Source of the DNA: Vicugna vicugna
Taxonomy: Eukaryota
NCBI GenBank assembly: GCA_013265495.1
Contig: MU058584.1
Span: forward strand, 4,346,508-4,410,507
Length of the DNA stretch: 64,000 bases
Direction: 5' to 3'
The notes beneath the pieces were generated by a model. The model was not told where the DNA came from. It was given only the letters and a program-made list of their open reading frames with translations, and did not search any database. A program made the position numbers and the translations under genes. Positions 26,290-39,740 of this stretch are shown here, in pieces. The stretch's first letter is position 1; each line of letters begins with the position of its first letter.

Positions 26290-27535
26290 ACAGGCGTAAC
26301 ACCTAAAGAAGCCATGGAAACCTTTCTTCCTGCCCTTGAAGTGCCATGGGAGTTGTTCTCCTGTTGAAAACAAACTAGGGGAAAAAGAATAAAAGAAGCG
26401 ATGGTTTTTAGACACTGGAAAGCAGGTTGTGCAGCACCGTAATCCCTGAGAGAAGGGAAATAAACAAGGGGAGCCCTGTGCTTGTCCCAGCTTACTGCCT
26501 CCAGGCAGTTTCCAGGCTGCAGAGCTGAGGGGAGTTGGAAACAGAGCTCAGCTGTCTCTCACTGAATGGAGGAGGCAGAGAGCAGAGTTTGGGGAGGCCA
26601 AGGGGGCTAGGATGTAGGGGGCAGGGTACCAGAGAAGAAGAAACCATGCAGAGAGAGAGCTTCAGGATCTGGAGTCGGTCCCTTTGAGCCTTTGCTGAGT
26701 ACAGACTTGTGCATGTTTGGGCAAAACCTCCCTGTGACCAGAGAAAGAACCGCCTGAAAAGCACTAGGTTATACAATGTCTGGAACATACACAGGGCTGG
26801 GAATCATTTGTGTTCCTAAAAGCCAGAGAGGAGAGAACTCATAACATACAGGGTATTGGTTGGAGTCCTCAGAACGGTCACGCCTTAGAAGTGGAGCTAA
26901 ATTAGCACCAGATGACAGATACTGTGGACCCACCACAAGGAAGCCTTTAGAGAATCATATTAATCTAAGAGTAATCTACGTGCACACCAGAACAAAATCT
27001 GATAGTCTTTACAAGAATACAATAAAGTCCAACATCTGCCAATGAAAAATTCACAATGTCAGGCACGAGTCAAAAATTACCAAGCATAAAAAAAGGAGGA
27101 AAATAAAAATACCTAACCAAGAGAAAAATCAATCAATAGAAACAAACCCAGAAATGACATCGCTGATGGAATTCATACACAAAGACCTTAAAACAAGTAT
27201 TATAAATTTTATAAATAAACTTAAGGATGTAAAGGCAAGCTTAACAGTGAGGAGAGAATTAGAAAAAGGATCAAAATGGAACTTCTGGAAATGAAAAAAC
27301 ATGGGATGGCTTGAACAACAGATGAGACACTGTAGAAGAGAAGTTCAGTAAACTAGAAGAAACAATGGAAACTGAACAAAATGAAGCATAAAAGAAAGAC
27401 TGGGGAACATGAGCAGAAATGCAGTAGTAGACCAGCAGGCCAGTGGACAGTATCAAGCAGTTTGAATGGAGTCTGAGATGGAAAGAGAAGAGAGAAGAGT
27501 GAAAAACAATTTAAAGAAACAATAGCCAAACACTT
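26290..27535 (+). mobile_element. Old L1 5'UTR/ORF1 remnant
   Basis: A-rich ORF1-like text: gagaaaaatcaatcaatagaaacaaacccagaaatgac, gatgggcttgaaca-type segment and gtaaactagaaga. Confidence 0.65.
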
Positions 27536-27539
27536 TCCC

Positions 27540-29700
27540 TTCTTTTGGCCATTTTTTCATATTTCTAAATAACTTTACTATTGCTATTTTTAGATTTTTT
27601 TTTGTCTGATTGACTCCATATTATGGGAATTTAGCCTCTCTCCCACCAACCCTTCTTCCCAACACACACTTACATGCACATATATACCCACATGCTTCAT
27701 CTAAGTATGATTGTCTCACTGTAGTTAGGTAGGTTTTTTCAGTGTTACATGTCCCTGTCTTTTTCACTGTTGTACCACATACATTTGTTTTCTTGTACAA
27801 TATTTTTGTTTGTCACGGAGCTAATATTTCCTTGTTGTTTATTTGCTTAGTTTTCTAAGTGCATATTTATATTCCTTCTCAAAACTCTCCAGTTAAAAAC
27901 CTCTGAGCACATTCAAACACATCAGAAATTCTGTTGGTTTCATTTTATTCTTGGAGACATACCTGTTAGAGTCTTCTGGCTTTGTTGTGCTTTAGACTGC
28001 TGTGTGGAAGTCATCTGGGGCCTCCCCTCCCAAGTAATTTTCTTCCTCTCTTCTTTTGGATCTCAGATCTTTACCTTTTTAGTTTATTCCCTCATTGTGA
28101 TGGAATATATCCTCTGTAACTTCTTGAGAAAGGATGCGCAGGAGATAACAAATTTTGAGGCTTTGTATGAGAGGCAGAATGATGACTTCCAAAAGATGCC
28201 CACATCCTAATCCCTGGAACCCGTGGGATATGTTACGTTACCTATCGAAAGGACTTTACGGCTATGATTAAGGGTCTTGAGATGGGAGATTTCCTGGATC
28301 CGCCATGTGAGCCCAGTGTAATCATAGGAGTCCTTAAAAGAGGGAGACAGGAGGATCAGAATCAGAAAGAGTTTAGAGATGCTGTTCTGCTGGCTTTGAA
28401 GATGAAGGAAGGGATCGTAAGCCAAGAAATGCAGACAGCTCCCATAAACTGGAGAAGGCGAGGAACCACATTCTCCCAGAGCCCCCAGAAAGAATGCAGC
28501 CCTGTTGCTACCTTGATTTAACCCCGTGAAACCCATTTCAGACTTCTGACCTCCAGAACTGTAAGATAACACATTGGTTTTGAGCAGGCCTAAAAATTGT
28601 TTCTATTCTTCTTCCTTAAGCTTGGTTGATAATCTGGTTGGGTAGGACTCCAGGATGGAAGTCTTTTTCCTTCAGCATTTTGAGGCATTGCTGCTTTTTC
28701 TAGCTTCCAGTGCTGAGAAGTTGATACTGTTGTGATTCTTCATCCTTTGTGTGAGACCAGCTTTATTCCCCTTCTGTTAGAGTCTTTTTTACCCCTCGTG
28801 TTCTGAAATTTTATAAAATTGTGGGCCTTTTTTATTCATTGTGCTGGCTACTCAGTGGGCACTTTCAGTCTGAGAACTGTGTCCTTCAGTTTTAGGATAC
28901 CATCATCCATTATTCTTTGGAAAATTTCCTCCTTCCACTTTCTGTTCTCTGTTCTCTTGGAAATTCCTGTTAGAAATTGAATCATCTCCCACAGCAATCC
29001 TTTAGTTTTCTTATTTTTCCTGTTTTACAGTTTTCTTCTATCTAGTACATTTCTGCAACGTCATCTTCCAGCTTTTATTGAATATTTAATTTCTGCTATC
29101 ATTTTTTTCCTGATTTGCAAGAGCTATTGTTTATTCTCTGATTCTAATATCCTGGATGTGTTGACTTATCTCTCTGAGTATATCATTTTTTTCTTCTGTT
29201 TTTATGCGTCAAAAAATATATTTTCTTCTGTTACTGGATTTTGCTGTTTCTTTTGAACTCCCTTTTTTCTTTGATAATTTTTGCCTTTCATGATAGAAGC
29301 TTTCCTCAAATGTCCTTGGTTATCTGTTCACACTGAAGGTACTCAAATCTGATGCCAAGCTCTTTGTGCAGAGACAGAGTTTACTGGATCGTGGGCTTCC
29401 TGTTTGGATAAAGTGCTGGCTGGCTGTCATTGGGGGACCTCTAAGTGTTAATTGCTAGGAGTCTTTTCTCTTGGGTTAGTCGACTTCTCCAGAAGGAAAT
29501 CCTCAGATTTCATGCTTGGGAACGGAGCAGAGGGAGCAGAGAGCAGGGCTCACTGCTGTCAGCCAACTTGCCCGCCTCTTCTCAGTGCCAGCACCCCACC
29601 CTGTGCCTGCTGTCCCTGAGTCAGACTGGCTCAGCTCTCCTGTGAGTAAACCCCCGGGGTTCTGCCCAGGCCTGACTCTGGCATTTTCTGGAGGTTAGTG
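27540..29700 (-). mobile_element. Old antisense L1 remnant interrupted by a MaLR LTR
   Basis: T-rich degenerate antisense ORF1-type text on both sides of 28165-28585. Confidence 0.5.
28165..28585 (+). mobile_element. MLT1 (MaLR) LTR
   Basis: ggcagaat...cacatcctaatccctggaacc...ttgagatgggaga...gacttctgacctccagaactgtaagataa. Confidence 0.8.
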
Positions 29701-31209
29701 AGAAGCAACTCAAGCACTGTGTCAATCTACATTATCATTTTTTCGGCATTTGCAGAATGATACCAGGTCAGCGTTGAGAGGAAAATTCTAGTGTTCCTCA
29801 GGGCTGGCTCCTGGGTTCCCCCCACTGTGCTCAGTGCAGGCCCCAAAGGCCTCTTCTCTCTTCAACCTGCTGCAGATCAGGATTTTTTTTTTCTTTTCCA
29901 ACATAGATAAATCTTTTACTTACTTATTAATTTTTTTAAATCAAGGTTTCTGTTCGGTGACACATACCTGGAGTACCTTCGTCTCACTCGGTCACTTTTC
30001 ATCAAGTCACGATGCCTCTTTTATTTTACAGTTACACGCGTTGTTAAAGCTCTTTTCTGCCTTACCAGCTTCTGGAGCTTAAAAATCCTTTGCCAGTTAA
30101 CACAAGACTTGGAAGAGGACTGTGTGACCTCCTTGCAGATTGATCTTCCAATTTTTATTTTACTTAGATTTGCAGTCAGTGGTCAACTCGTAACAGGGGC
30201 TGCTCTCCTAGGGTTAAAACACTTCCTGCAGATCCTCCACACGGCTCCTCAGAACTGCAGGGCGTCAGGTGACCCTGGGGCGTGCCGTTGCTTGTTGGTT
30301 ACTTGTTTCACATGCCGCCTTCAGTACGGGTCCCGGAAGCACCTCTCTGTCAGAGCAGCGGAGGACTTTGTGAAAGTTGTTCTCACCAGAATCCTGTTGG
30401 TACACTCCACCTTCAGTTTGTTCAGACTGAGGCAGAAAGATTTTCGCGGTTTAGTGAAAACTCACTTGGCCTGATAGGTTTATCCCATTAGGGAATTGAT
30501 GAGATTAAATAGTTTTTTTTTTAAGGTGAGTTATTTATTTTTTGTTTGTTAAGACTCAGGTTCTTTCCATCTTAGTCGCTCATCCTCTGCATATTGTCTT
30601 TATTCTCAGGCGCCTTCCCTCAGCCTCAAACTGGCTGCTCATGAAAAAAGGCACCTGCAGGGAGAGCTGAATCCACCCCCAGGCAGCTTTTATTACAGAG
30701 GAAGATCTTGACCGGAAGCGCCTCCCCAGCAAACTTCTAGTCCCCTTAGCCAGAGTGGCTCACATGCTAATGCCTTTTCCAGTCATCTGCAGGGGGACAG
30801 GAATTGTGGCTGGCTTCACCCCTGGGGGCAGGGGAGGGGGGCGCCATTTACCTGAGCAAAGGGAGGGTGAACACCAGAACCAAAGGAGGGCTCTTCCAGC
30901 GAGCAGAGTGGGAAGCTGAGTTGGGAAGCTGGTAGGTAAGCACTACCTAGGGTTTGGAGAATTCTGGCTTTAGGGAAAAGATAAGTACAACCCTCTCTTT
31001 GCGAAAAGCTTAGTTTTGACTGACATTAGTGTGAAATAATTATTGTTATAGTATTTGAACCATTGGTTTTCTAGATCCTTTTCTGGAAATGGTTAACGCT
31101 TTGTGTGCAAAAGGCAAATGTTTTTGGAGGACAGTGATTGTGTGGAATAGTTACGTAGTGTCAGCTATGGTATGTAGATGTGTTGTGTTTCCCAAACATA
31201 TACATCATA

Positions 31210-31400
31210 TGTGTTCTCTCATTTAGACCTCATAACAGCCCTGTGAGCTAAGTTCTTTCATTGCCTCTATTTTACCCAAGAGGAAACTGAGGCTTAGTTA
31301 GGTTGAGTCACTTGCTCAAGGTCAGGAGTTCGTGGCAGAGCTAGTGTTAGACCCAGATCTGTGTGGCTCTGAAGCATGTACTTACTGCATCCTGCCTGTC
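31210..31400. mobile_element. MIR SINE (further MIR relics near 7560-7750, 19570-19760, 21230-21400, 33580-33760 and 49230-49400)
   Basis: MIR core text gaggaaactgaggctt...acttgctcaaggtca. Confidence 0.65.
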
Positions 31401-32649
31401 CAGTTCTTTTCAGCTTCATTTTGATAATCAGTTTCACTTATCTCAAAGAACGTCACAGTACACAGCTGTGTTTCACATCTATTTTGGTGACGTGAAATGA
31501 GTACTGAAAATGTGTTCTGTGAACAGTCAGTGAGCATGTTAGGAGCAGGTGTTCTCGCTTAGTGATACCTCTGCTGGGGTGTCAGGTGTGTTTCCACTCA
31601 TGCCTGAAGGTCCAGATTCAGGTTATAAAGGGCTTACAGAGACTGGAAAGTGCACTTCAGGACATCACATAATAGCTTCTGAGTGATAAATACATGTTTA
31701 GAGGTAGATCTCCCTGCTCCTCCAGAACCCTCCCCCTACACCTTCACCAGTATGTTTTTATGTTGGAGTAAGTTTCTTGCAGGTAGAGTTCAGGGATAGT
31801 TTTATCTCTAACTGGAACTAAAAGAATAGACTTAGGTCAAGCAATAAAGTTTCTTGAAACATTTTCAGATTATTTGTGTAGTAAATAGTTGGGGAAATAT
31901 ATTATATACAGAGCAGTTTTTCACTTGTTTATTGTAATTCTTTGTGGCAAAGCCAAAAAAGAAAAAAAGGAGGAGTGTGAAGATGTACGGTAAAAACAGC
32001 TAAGTTAGTGTAGGTGGAGGTGTTGGTGTTAATTCTTGAACACACAAAAGTGAGGGTCTTAGTGATGGCAGGTTCATTTCCATTGATCTGGGTTCTCTGG
32101 CTCCTCCTGAAGTCCTAAGTGGTATTTTTGGCCCTCAGAGCATTAGGGTCCTGAGGCAAGTTCCCCAGAGAACAGGGTACCTTCAGCTTCCAAATCTGCC
32201 TCGGAACCGGGCTACAGAGAACTGTTCTAGACCGAGCTGGAGCCATTCTAGATTGAGCTAGATCCATCAGGAGATTCCTGACCTCAGCTCACACCCCAGA
32301 ATTCCTCTAGATCCATTATTTCATCTGTTCTTTCACCCACCACCTACGGTCTGTTCTAGGCACTTAACTAACAAAGTCTGACCTTAGGACCTTATTGTGT
32401 TCTAAGGAGCAAAGGGAGGGAGGACATCAGAGAGTGGGAAGCAAGTCCATTCATAGGAGGGAGTTCCTTTTGTCCTTCAATGATTTCCCAGTCATTTTCA
32501 ACAAATTGTTGCGTTCTCTTGCCATGAGAGACAGTACTGTCTGACGTGAATGACCTTATGGGTGTTTTAATGTTGACTGACTGTCTCAGATTATTCTGTT
32601 ACTTTCTTCTCTACTTCATCTGTTCTCTTTCTTTTCCACCCTCACAGCG

Positions 32650-33170
32650 TCTTGGTTATCTATTGCTATGTAACAAACCGCCTTAAAAGATAATGGCTTA
32701 ACAACAGCCACCATTTATCTGGCTCCAGCTCCTGTGGGCTGGTTGGGCAGACCCTCTGGTCTGGGGCAGTTCAGCTGACCTCTGCTGGCTCACTTGTGCA
32801 TCTGCAGTTGGCTGGACAGTCTCGTAGGCTGACAGCTGGCAGGCAGTTGGCCAGAGAGACAAAGAACAACTGGGCCCTGGGTCTCCCATCAGCCATCAGG
32901 TAGCTCGGGCTTCCTTCACATGGTGGTGGTGGCCGCATGGGTCTCAAGATCAAGGAGAGAGTGGAAGCTGCAAGGCCTGTGGAAATCTAGGGGTGGAACT
33001 TGCATATGTTACTTCTGCCACGTTCTGTGGGTCACAGCAAGTGACAAGACTAGCCCAGATTCAGGGGATCAAGAAGCAAGTTCTTATTCCTGGTGCGGGG
33101 AGCTGTAGCACTGTATTGCAAGGGTGTAGGGAAAAGCGTTTACATCCGTTTGTGCAATCCATCACATGGT
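32650..33170 (-). mobile_element. MLT1 (MaLR) LTR
   Basis: tctattgctatgtaacaaacc...ggcttaacaacagc...acttctgccacgttct...agcccagattcagggg. Confidence 0.7.
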
Positions 33171-34989
33171 ATAAACTCCTTCCCCCAGAACGCCTAATGA
33201 TATGAGGTCTTCTTGTCTGGGAAGTTATGTAATTTAATTCCAGGGTCCGTCCTATTGGAAATGACTATCACCAGGGATCGGTTAACTTGCTAGAAAACAC
33301 TTTGTTTTCGTTCTTTTCCTAGTAGTAGAAAATAGAGGGCATTTAAAAACTTTTTCCCCAAGATTTACATTTAACTTGCAGCTTTCTGAGTTGGATTTAG
33401 AGGATCTCAGTCTGATTCAGCATTAACAGGGGGATCCATTCTGTTACCCATGACAGGCGTGAGGGAATCACACACTGACTAAAGACAAACACACTGACTT
33501 CTACTGCTTGATTTACTTGCTTGGTTGCCTCGGTATATTTTCAAGTGTATCGCGATAACAAGACGTTCGTGACAATAATGACTAATGTGGATCGAGTGCT
33601 GTCTGTCAGGCACTGCTCATTGGTAGATATCATCTCATTTAATTCTCACAACCGCCTTAAGAGGTAGAAGACTATTGTTCATGCCATTTTAGAGATGAAG
33701 AAGCCAGTGCTTGGGGGTTTAAAAATATGCCCCAGGGCACACAACTCATGCTCACCAGTGCTCCTGCCATGCTCAGGTCATCCACTCAGGCTGCGGATCT
33801 GCCCGAGTTCCGCTGGGTCTAGCCCTTGGATGTTACAGCTCCGCTTTTAGGGCTGTAGCCCTTTCAGCTGCGTTTGTCCCTTACTAGAAGTCAAGGGCCC
33901 TGAACTACAGGATCCACGTAACACACTAGAGGATGCAGGTGGTGAGGCTCCTAGGCGGGAGTGAGGATGTTTATCTTAAGCCACATGCTTTTGGCTACTG
34001 AGCTTATGATTTCAAAGTTGAGAGTTTAAACACAATAGTCGACAATTTAAGGAGAGTATCCCCGGCTTGGAAGAAAAGTTGACTTTGGGTTTCCTGAACC
34101 CTCTCTTTTAAAACCAGGACTATTTGGTTGTTGTTTACAAGTTTAGAATCTCTGGGTTGGAAGGGCCTCTCAGGGTTGTGCAGTGCAACCACCTGTCTGA
34201 TGTTTGAACTCCCAGCCTCCCACCCTTGTTCTCCTCGGGGGGCACCCCAGCAGCTCTCTGCCTTCCTTACTGCCAAGGCTAAGACGAGGCCCTCTCCTAC
34301 TTCAGTCCATCCAGAGCTTCTCCTTATAGCTCTATAGACTGGTTTTTGGAGGGGGTTTTTTTTATTATTATTTTAAATCAAGAAGAACGGTTACCTGATC
34401 TTAGATATCAAAGAAGCAATCATTTTATTGGTTATGGTAAGATTAGACTAAAAGAATCATATAAGGAGGTACATGGAAGAATATTTGAAAAATTTTTAAG
34501 TACTTACCTGTTTATAAAGTGACCAGTTCAAATTGACGGTCTTTTTGGACGGCACTGAATATGTTGGTTTCTTGTATCATTTTGAAAGTCATGATTTCAG
34601 TGGGTCTCAGGCTGTTAGGAGTACCCATCTTGGTCCTTAAGACTCTGATCCCCATTACAAGAGGTGAGGAGTTCTGTGGCAGATATTAAGATAAGGGTAA
34701 TTCCTGAAAAGGAATATTATATTGTTACAGAACCTTTGAAACAGATGCAAAAGTAGACAGAATAATGTAACAAATCTCCATGTACCAGCTTTAACAACTA
34801 CGGACATGTACCTGATCTTGTTTTAAAAGTCTGTCTTGGACATATTGTTCCTAAGAAGGAACATATGTTCCTGAAGACATTCAAAAGGGTCTGGAACCCT
34901 AACAATACCACCTTCGTGATTGCTTCTGTCCCTGCGCCTGACGGGGCCCCCAGTTTTTCCAGACCTCTAATTGTACTTCTCTTCCCCAG

Positions 34990-35091
34990 GGCCCAGTCAT
35001 ATACGCGCAGCTAGACCACTCCGGCGGACATCACAGTGACAAGATTAACAAGTCAGAGTCTGTGGTGTATGCGGACATCCGGAAAAACTAA
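34990..35091 (+). CDS. MPZL1: MPZL1 exon 6 coding part: two ITIMs and stop codon
   Basis: Acceptor cttccccag|GGCCCA. Encodes GPVIYAQLDHSGGHHSDKINKSESVVYADIRKN* with ITIMs VIYAQL and VVYADI; TAA at 35089-35091. Confidence 0.98.
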   Translation, partial: GPVIYAQLDHSGGHHSDKINKSESVVYADIRKN

Positions 35092-38065
35092 GAGACGACC
35101 CCGATCATCTCCTAAGCAAGAAACAAATCCAAACTGGACTCTTGGGGCAGAAAAATGTAGCCCATGACCACGTGTGGCCTTGGAGACCTGGGCAAGGACA
35201 AGCACATGTTTATTCAGAGAAGGAGAAAAAGATGTGTATAAAGGATGTGTATAAATATTCTATTTAATCTTCCTGATGTGAGGAGCCAGTGTTGCATGAC
35301 GAGAAGATGGTATGATTCTACGTATATGTAAATTGTCTTGCGGTTTTTGTACTTCCATTCAGGGTTTAATTACAGTTGGGAAAATTCAGACACATTCCTC
35401 TTCCCATCGTTTAGAAGTGGTTTGCCTTAATGGAGGCGGCAGCAGATCTTTTAGTATGATACTAGACATGGCCTTTTAGTCTAAGGGCTTAACCCGCCTT
35501 AGCATTGATTTTAGCCAGAGAGTGGAGATACTATGAAAAAGCACGTCCAGGGTGGCCTTCGACCACGTGCACCACCTATCGGGTTATTGTTTTTAGAAAG
35601 CGTCGATTCGCTATGCCACCTGAGGACAGTTTGAGAAGTTTCTGTTGATGTTTTTCTAAGATACAGGGCAGTTTTTAGCTTTCTCTCTTGTGTAGACTTA
35701 CTCTAACATTACACCCTTCAAGCATATCGTCATCAGAGCAAGCTGTGCAGAGGATTAGTGCCGGAGGCCACTTCCTCCCAGATACTGGTAGATCAACCCC
35801 GTACGTGGACCTGGAGTAGTGACCCCAGGCCCGGCCTGAGGAGCTCTGTACCATTTGGGAGAGTAACAGGTATCAGTTTGTATTCTTTGCTGAAGTCCTC
35901 CCTACCTATCATGACAGTCCCCATTCGGCTGAAGGAGAGGAGTTTCATTTCCCTCTATGTAGGCAGACACGGAATAATTAGACTGCCAGTCTCCAGCATC
36001 ACAGAGCTCTCTGCAGAGGGTCGTCTCTATAAAGCTTCAGTCATGCTTCCTGTAAGAGCAGCGTCAGTCACGGTGCATCCACGTAGCTTCCTGGTGCCTC
36101 TGGGACCTGTGACATTACAGAGGGTCTAGAGTTTTTTAATCAGCAAACAAGGGTAGTACTTGTGCTTTGGGAATCTCTTCTCTAATCCTGGTTGTCTTAT
36201 TTTTTTTCTTCCTTTCTCCCTTCTGTTTTTCTTCTCCCCCCGCCCCCCATTACATGGAATTGATAAACAATTAGATGAGGAAAAATCTAGATAATTTGGG
36301 CATCCTTCCCAAAAACTCACCTTCTGCCGTTGAATGCCCCCGCCCCCATCTCAAACATGTCTGTTTCTTTGAACTGGGAGTGAAAAGCCTCGTGAAAATC
36401 TTTAAACGTGGACTTCTATTGCCACTCCCCCGTTTTCTGGATTCTTCTGTTTTGAAAGAATTTTTTTCCATTTCAAATGGAAAGCCCACAGTTACAGGAA
36501 GAATGCTGACGATCTGGTCCCAGAAGGTGGTCGGGTGAGTGGGGGTGACGGGTAATGTTAGTTCTTCTCCCATGCAGTTTTTTCCTTCCTGTCTTGTCAT
36601 CCTTGTGAGGGAGCTTGAAGGCCGAGTTCTAAGGGAATAAAGAAGGATTCAGAGGTAAAGGTGTGCATCAGGTGATTAGAGAGAGAGAGGGCGCACGGGC
36701 TGTGAAAACAGGTCCCGCCCCGCCCCCACCCCGCACCTGCGATCGTCTATGTTATGAGGGACTGTTTGCTGTTATTCCCACAGAGGGGCTCGGACTCCCA
36801 GCCCCTTTACGTGCACGGAGACGGGAGGGGTTTTGTCACCACACGTGCCTGCCGCCTTGTGCGTCTGGTCGAGTGTGAAAGGAGGACAGGTGCTTGCTGT
36901 CCTGTGTCTCCCTCTTCTGTGCTCACAGGCCCCACGCAGGAGAGGGACACAGAGTCCTCCCCCCGAGACAGCCCTGCCAAGTGGCCAGCTTTGCCTTGCA
37001 CCCTAGCTCTGCTCTGCCTCCACGGTGATCACTGCAGGAGCCTTTAGGAGACCTTTCTGGGGGCGGGAGGGGGCTGGGATGGCACCATTCTGCAGGCTGA
37101 TGCCAGGAGAATGATGCTCTTGGTGAGCCCTCGCCTCTGTCAGAATTGTACTGCCATCCAAGACTTTTTAAGACCAAGTATGTATATTGAGAAGTGTAGT
37201 TTCCTTGTAGTCTATTTTTTTTTAACAGAAAAGGGACATTCTCCTTTTCCTCCTTTCTCGACAGATCCAATGAATCTACTAAACATTCCTGACATCTTCT
37301 GATAGCAGAAGCCCTAATTTCTTTGCATGTTGGCGAAGTTGCCATGCAGAGCACCAGCTGGCACTGCCGCTGACCGCTGCTGTGGGCCTTCCGTGCCCTG
37401 CCTCCCCCCACCGGCCTCCTTCTCGGCCTGGCCTTCTCCTGCCCACCTTTCTCCACCCTCCACTGCTGGACAGGGTGGTCGGTTACGAGCCTCCCACTCT
37501 GGGCTGTGACTGACTCATCCGAGGGAAGCTGCTCACGCTTGGGTGTGAGTGCCTCAGGTTTGGGGCTTTTTCCAAAAACCTCTTCACACCACCTCCTGAG
37601 GATCTTTTTTGGCCCTTTCTCCTGTGTCCCAGCATCCCTGTCCCTGGCCACAGATTTGACAACAGTGGGGTTGCTTCCAAGTGGCAGGGCAATAAAGAGA
37701 CCTCTTAAAATTATGCATGATTTTCTCTAAGGGGACATCGAAAAGGGATTAGAGATTAACATTTCAAACTATCTGTAGTTTTTCAATGGAAATGTATCAT
37801 TTACCTAACGTAATTTTGTTGAGTATGAGTTGATATTATAAATAAGTTACTAGATGTGTTCAAATTTGCTATAACTCTTAACAATAACAGAATTGTTGTG
37901 TCCATACAAATTTTCACTGAGTAAATGGTTTTGTGCCTGCATATTTATTTAAATAAAGGCATAAATCTTGTTATGATTTGAAAATGCTCTTAAAGTTGAG
38001 CAATTTATGAATAAATACCTCTGGTGTTTATACTTTATTAAAGTTCAGACTGCAGAATTCATTTC
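35092..38065 (+). other. MPZL1: MPZL1 3'UTR (end approximate)
   Basis: Repeat-poor sequence after the stop, ending in an AT-rich block with poly(A) hexamers. L1 fragments resume at ~38530. Confidence 0.6.
37952..38042 (+). terminator. Cluster of candidate MPZL1 polyadenylation signals
   Basis: AATAAA at 37952-37957 and 38010-38015, ATTAAA at 38037-38042, followed by GT-rich tgtgtttgtc. The site actually used cannot be determined from sequence. Confidence 0.55.
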
Positions 38066-38539
38066 ATGTGTTTGTCAAGAAGGGCAGTATATTAATGAGG
38101 ATTTTATGTTTTAAGTATCATAAAGCTTAACTCAAACCACATTAAATAAGTAGAGCATTTAATGGCACATGTTACTCAAACATTTAGAATTAAGACCTTT
38201 GAGTGGAAAGTTAAAACTTTCCAGGCTCCTCAATTATTCTAAGTGATTCAAACCTTTCACCTCCCAGTCTGTTTCTTTCTGCACTGACAAATGTCAGCTT
38301 TATCCAATAATTGGCTCTTCCTTATCACAAGGTATTAACCAAGACAGTGGAATTACCTCTTTGCTCATCCATGAAGGAAAAGAGGGAGACAGGAAGAGAG
38401 AGAATAGGAAAAAGGGAAGGAGGGAGGAAGAGAGGATGGTAGTGAGAAAATGATTCTCCCAAATCAATGATGGTAACAATCATAATCATAATTATAGAAC
38501 TGGGATTCACTGTGATTGGACCAAATTAAGATAGGCATT

Positions 38540-38780
38540 TTTTAAAATTTCATATGCTTTCTCATTATAGGCCATTTCAAGGTATTGAATATAGTTTCCT
38601 GTGCTCTACAGTAGGACCTTGTTGTTTATCTATTTTATATACAGTAGTTAGTATCTACAAATCCTAAACTCTCAATTTATCCCACCCCATCCCCTGCCCC
38701 TCCGGTAACCATAAGTTTGTTTTCTATGTCTGTGAGGCTGTCTCTGTTTTGTAAGTAAATTCACTTTTGCCCTTTAAAAT
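38540..38780 (-). mobile_element. L1 3'UTR fragment, antisense
   Basis: tattgaatatagtttcctgtgct...ggtaaccataagtttgttttctatgtctgtga. Confidence 0.75.
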
Positions 38781-38854
38781 GAAGACAGACATTCTTATGT
38801 AAACCAACCACTGTGTTTCAAAGGAAAACTATGGACTGACTGGGTAAATTCATG

Positions 38855-39262
38855 ACAAGCCAATAGGCACATGACAAGATGTTCAGCACCACTAATTAAT
38901 AGAGAAATTCAAATCAAAACTATAGTGAAGTATCACACTAGTCAGAATGGCCATCATCAAAAAGTACAAATAATGAATACAGGAGAGGGTGTGGAGAAAA
39001 GGGAACCCTCCTACACTGTTGGTGAGAATGTAAGTGCAGCCACTATGGAAAACAGGATGGTGGTTCCTTAAAAAACTGAAAATAGAGCTACAGTATGATC
39101 CAGCAATCCCATTCCTGGGCATATATCTGGAAGACAAAAACTAATTCAAAAAGATACATGCACCCCAATGTTCATAGCAGCACTATTTACAATAGCCAAG
39201 ACATGGAAACAACCTAAATGTCCATTGACATATGACTGGATAAAGATGTGGTGTGTATGTGT

Positions 39263-39299
<37 letters not shown>

Positions 39300-39740
39300 A
39301 TATGAAAACAGTCATAAAAAATATTGAAAATGCCATTTTCAGCAACATAGGTGGACCTAGAGATTATCACGCTAAGTGAAGTCAGAGAAAGTCAAATATA
39401 CGGTATCACTTATATATGGAATCTTTAAAAAATGATACAAATGAATTTATTTACAAAACAGACGATTCGAATATATTGTTATTAAAGGGGAAAGGGGGAG
39501 GGATAAATTAGGAGTTTGGGATTAATAGATACACACTAATATATATTAAGTAGATACACAATGAGGTTCTATGATAAAGCACAGGGAACTATATTCAATA
39601 CCTTGTAACTACCTCTAATGGAAAAGAATCTGGAAAAGAACACACATATGTATAATCTGAATCACTTTGATGTATACCTATAACTAACGCAACATTGTTA
39701 ATCAACTATACTTCAATAAGAGAACAACAACAAAAAAACA
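38855..39740 (+). mobile_element. 5'-truncated L1 (ORF2 end, 3'UTR and A tail) with an internal (CA)n
   Basis: gagggtgtggagaaaagggaaccctcctacactgttggtg, atgcaccccaatgttcatagcagcactatttacaatagccaagac and atcaactatacttcaataa. Confidence 0.88.
39263..39296. repeat. (AC)n microsatellite
   Basis: Directly visible tandem AC run. Other simple repeats: (GT)n at ~1045-1070 and ~9692-9713, (GA)n/GGAA at ~11779-11830, GGAA-rich at ~50245-50350. Confidence 0.9.

Noticed and set aside
35089..35115. Stop-codon readthrough of MPZL1, by analogy with L-MPZ
   Set aside because: The stop is TAA-G, not a leaky context, and another in-frame TAA follows after seven codons.
36923..37651. Longest ORF in the track (242 aa, minus strand)
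   Set aside because: Antisense to the MPZL1 3'UTR, non-ATG start, no recognisable domain; consistent with a chance ORF in GC-rich sequence.
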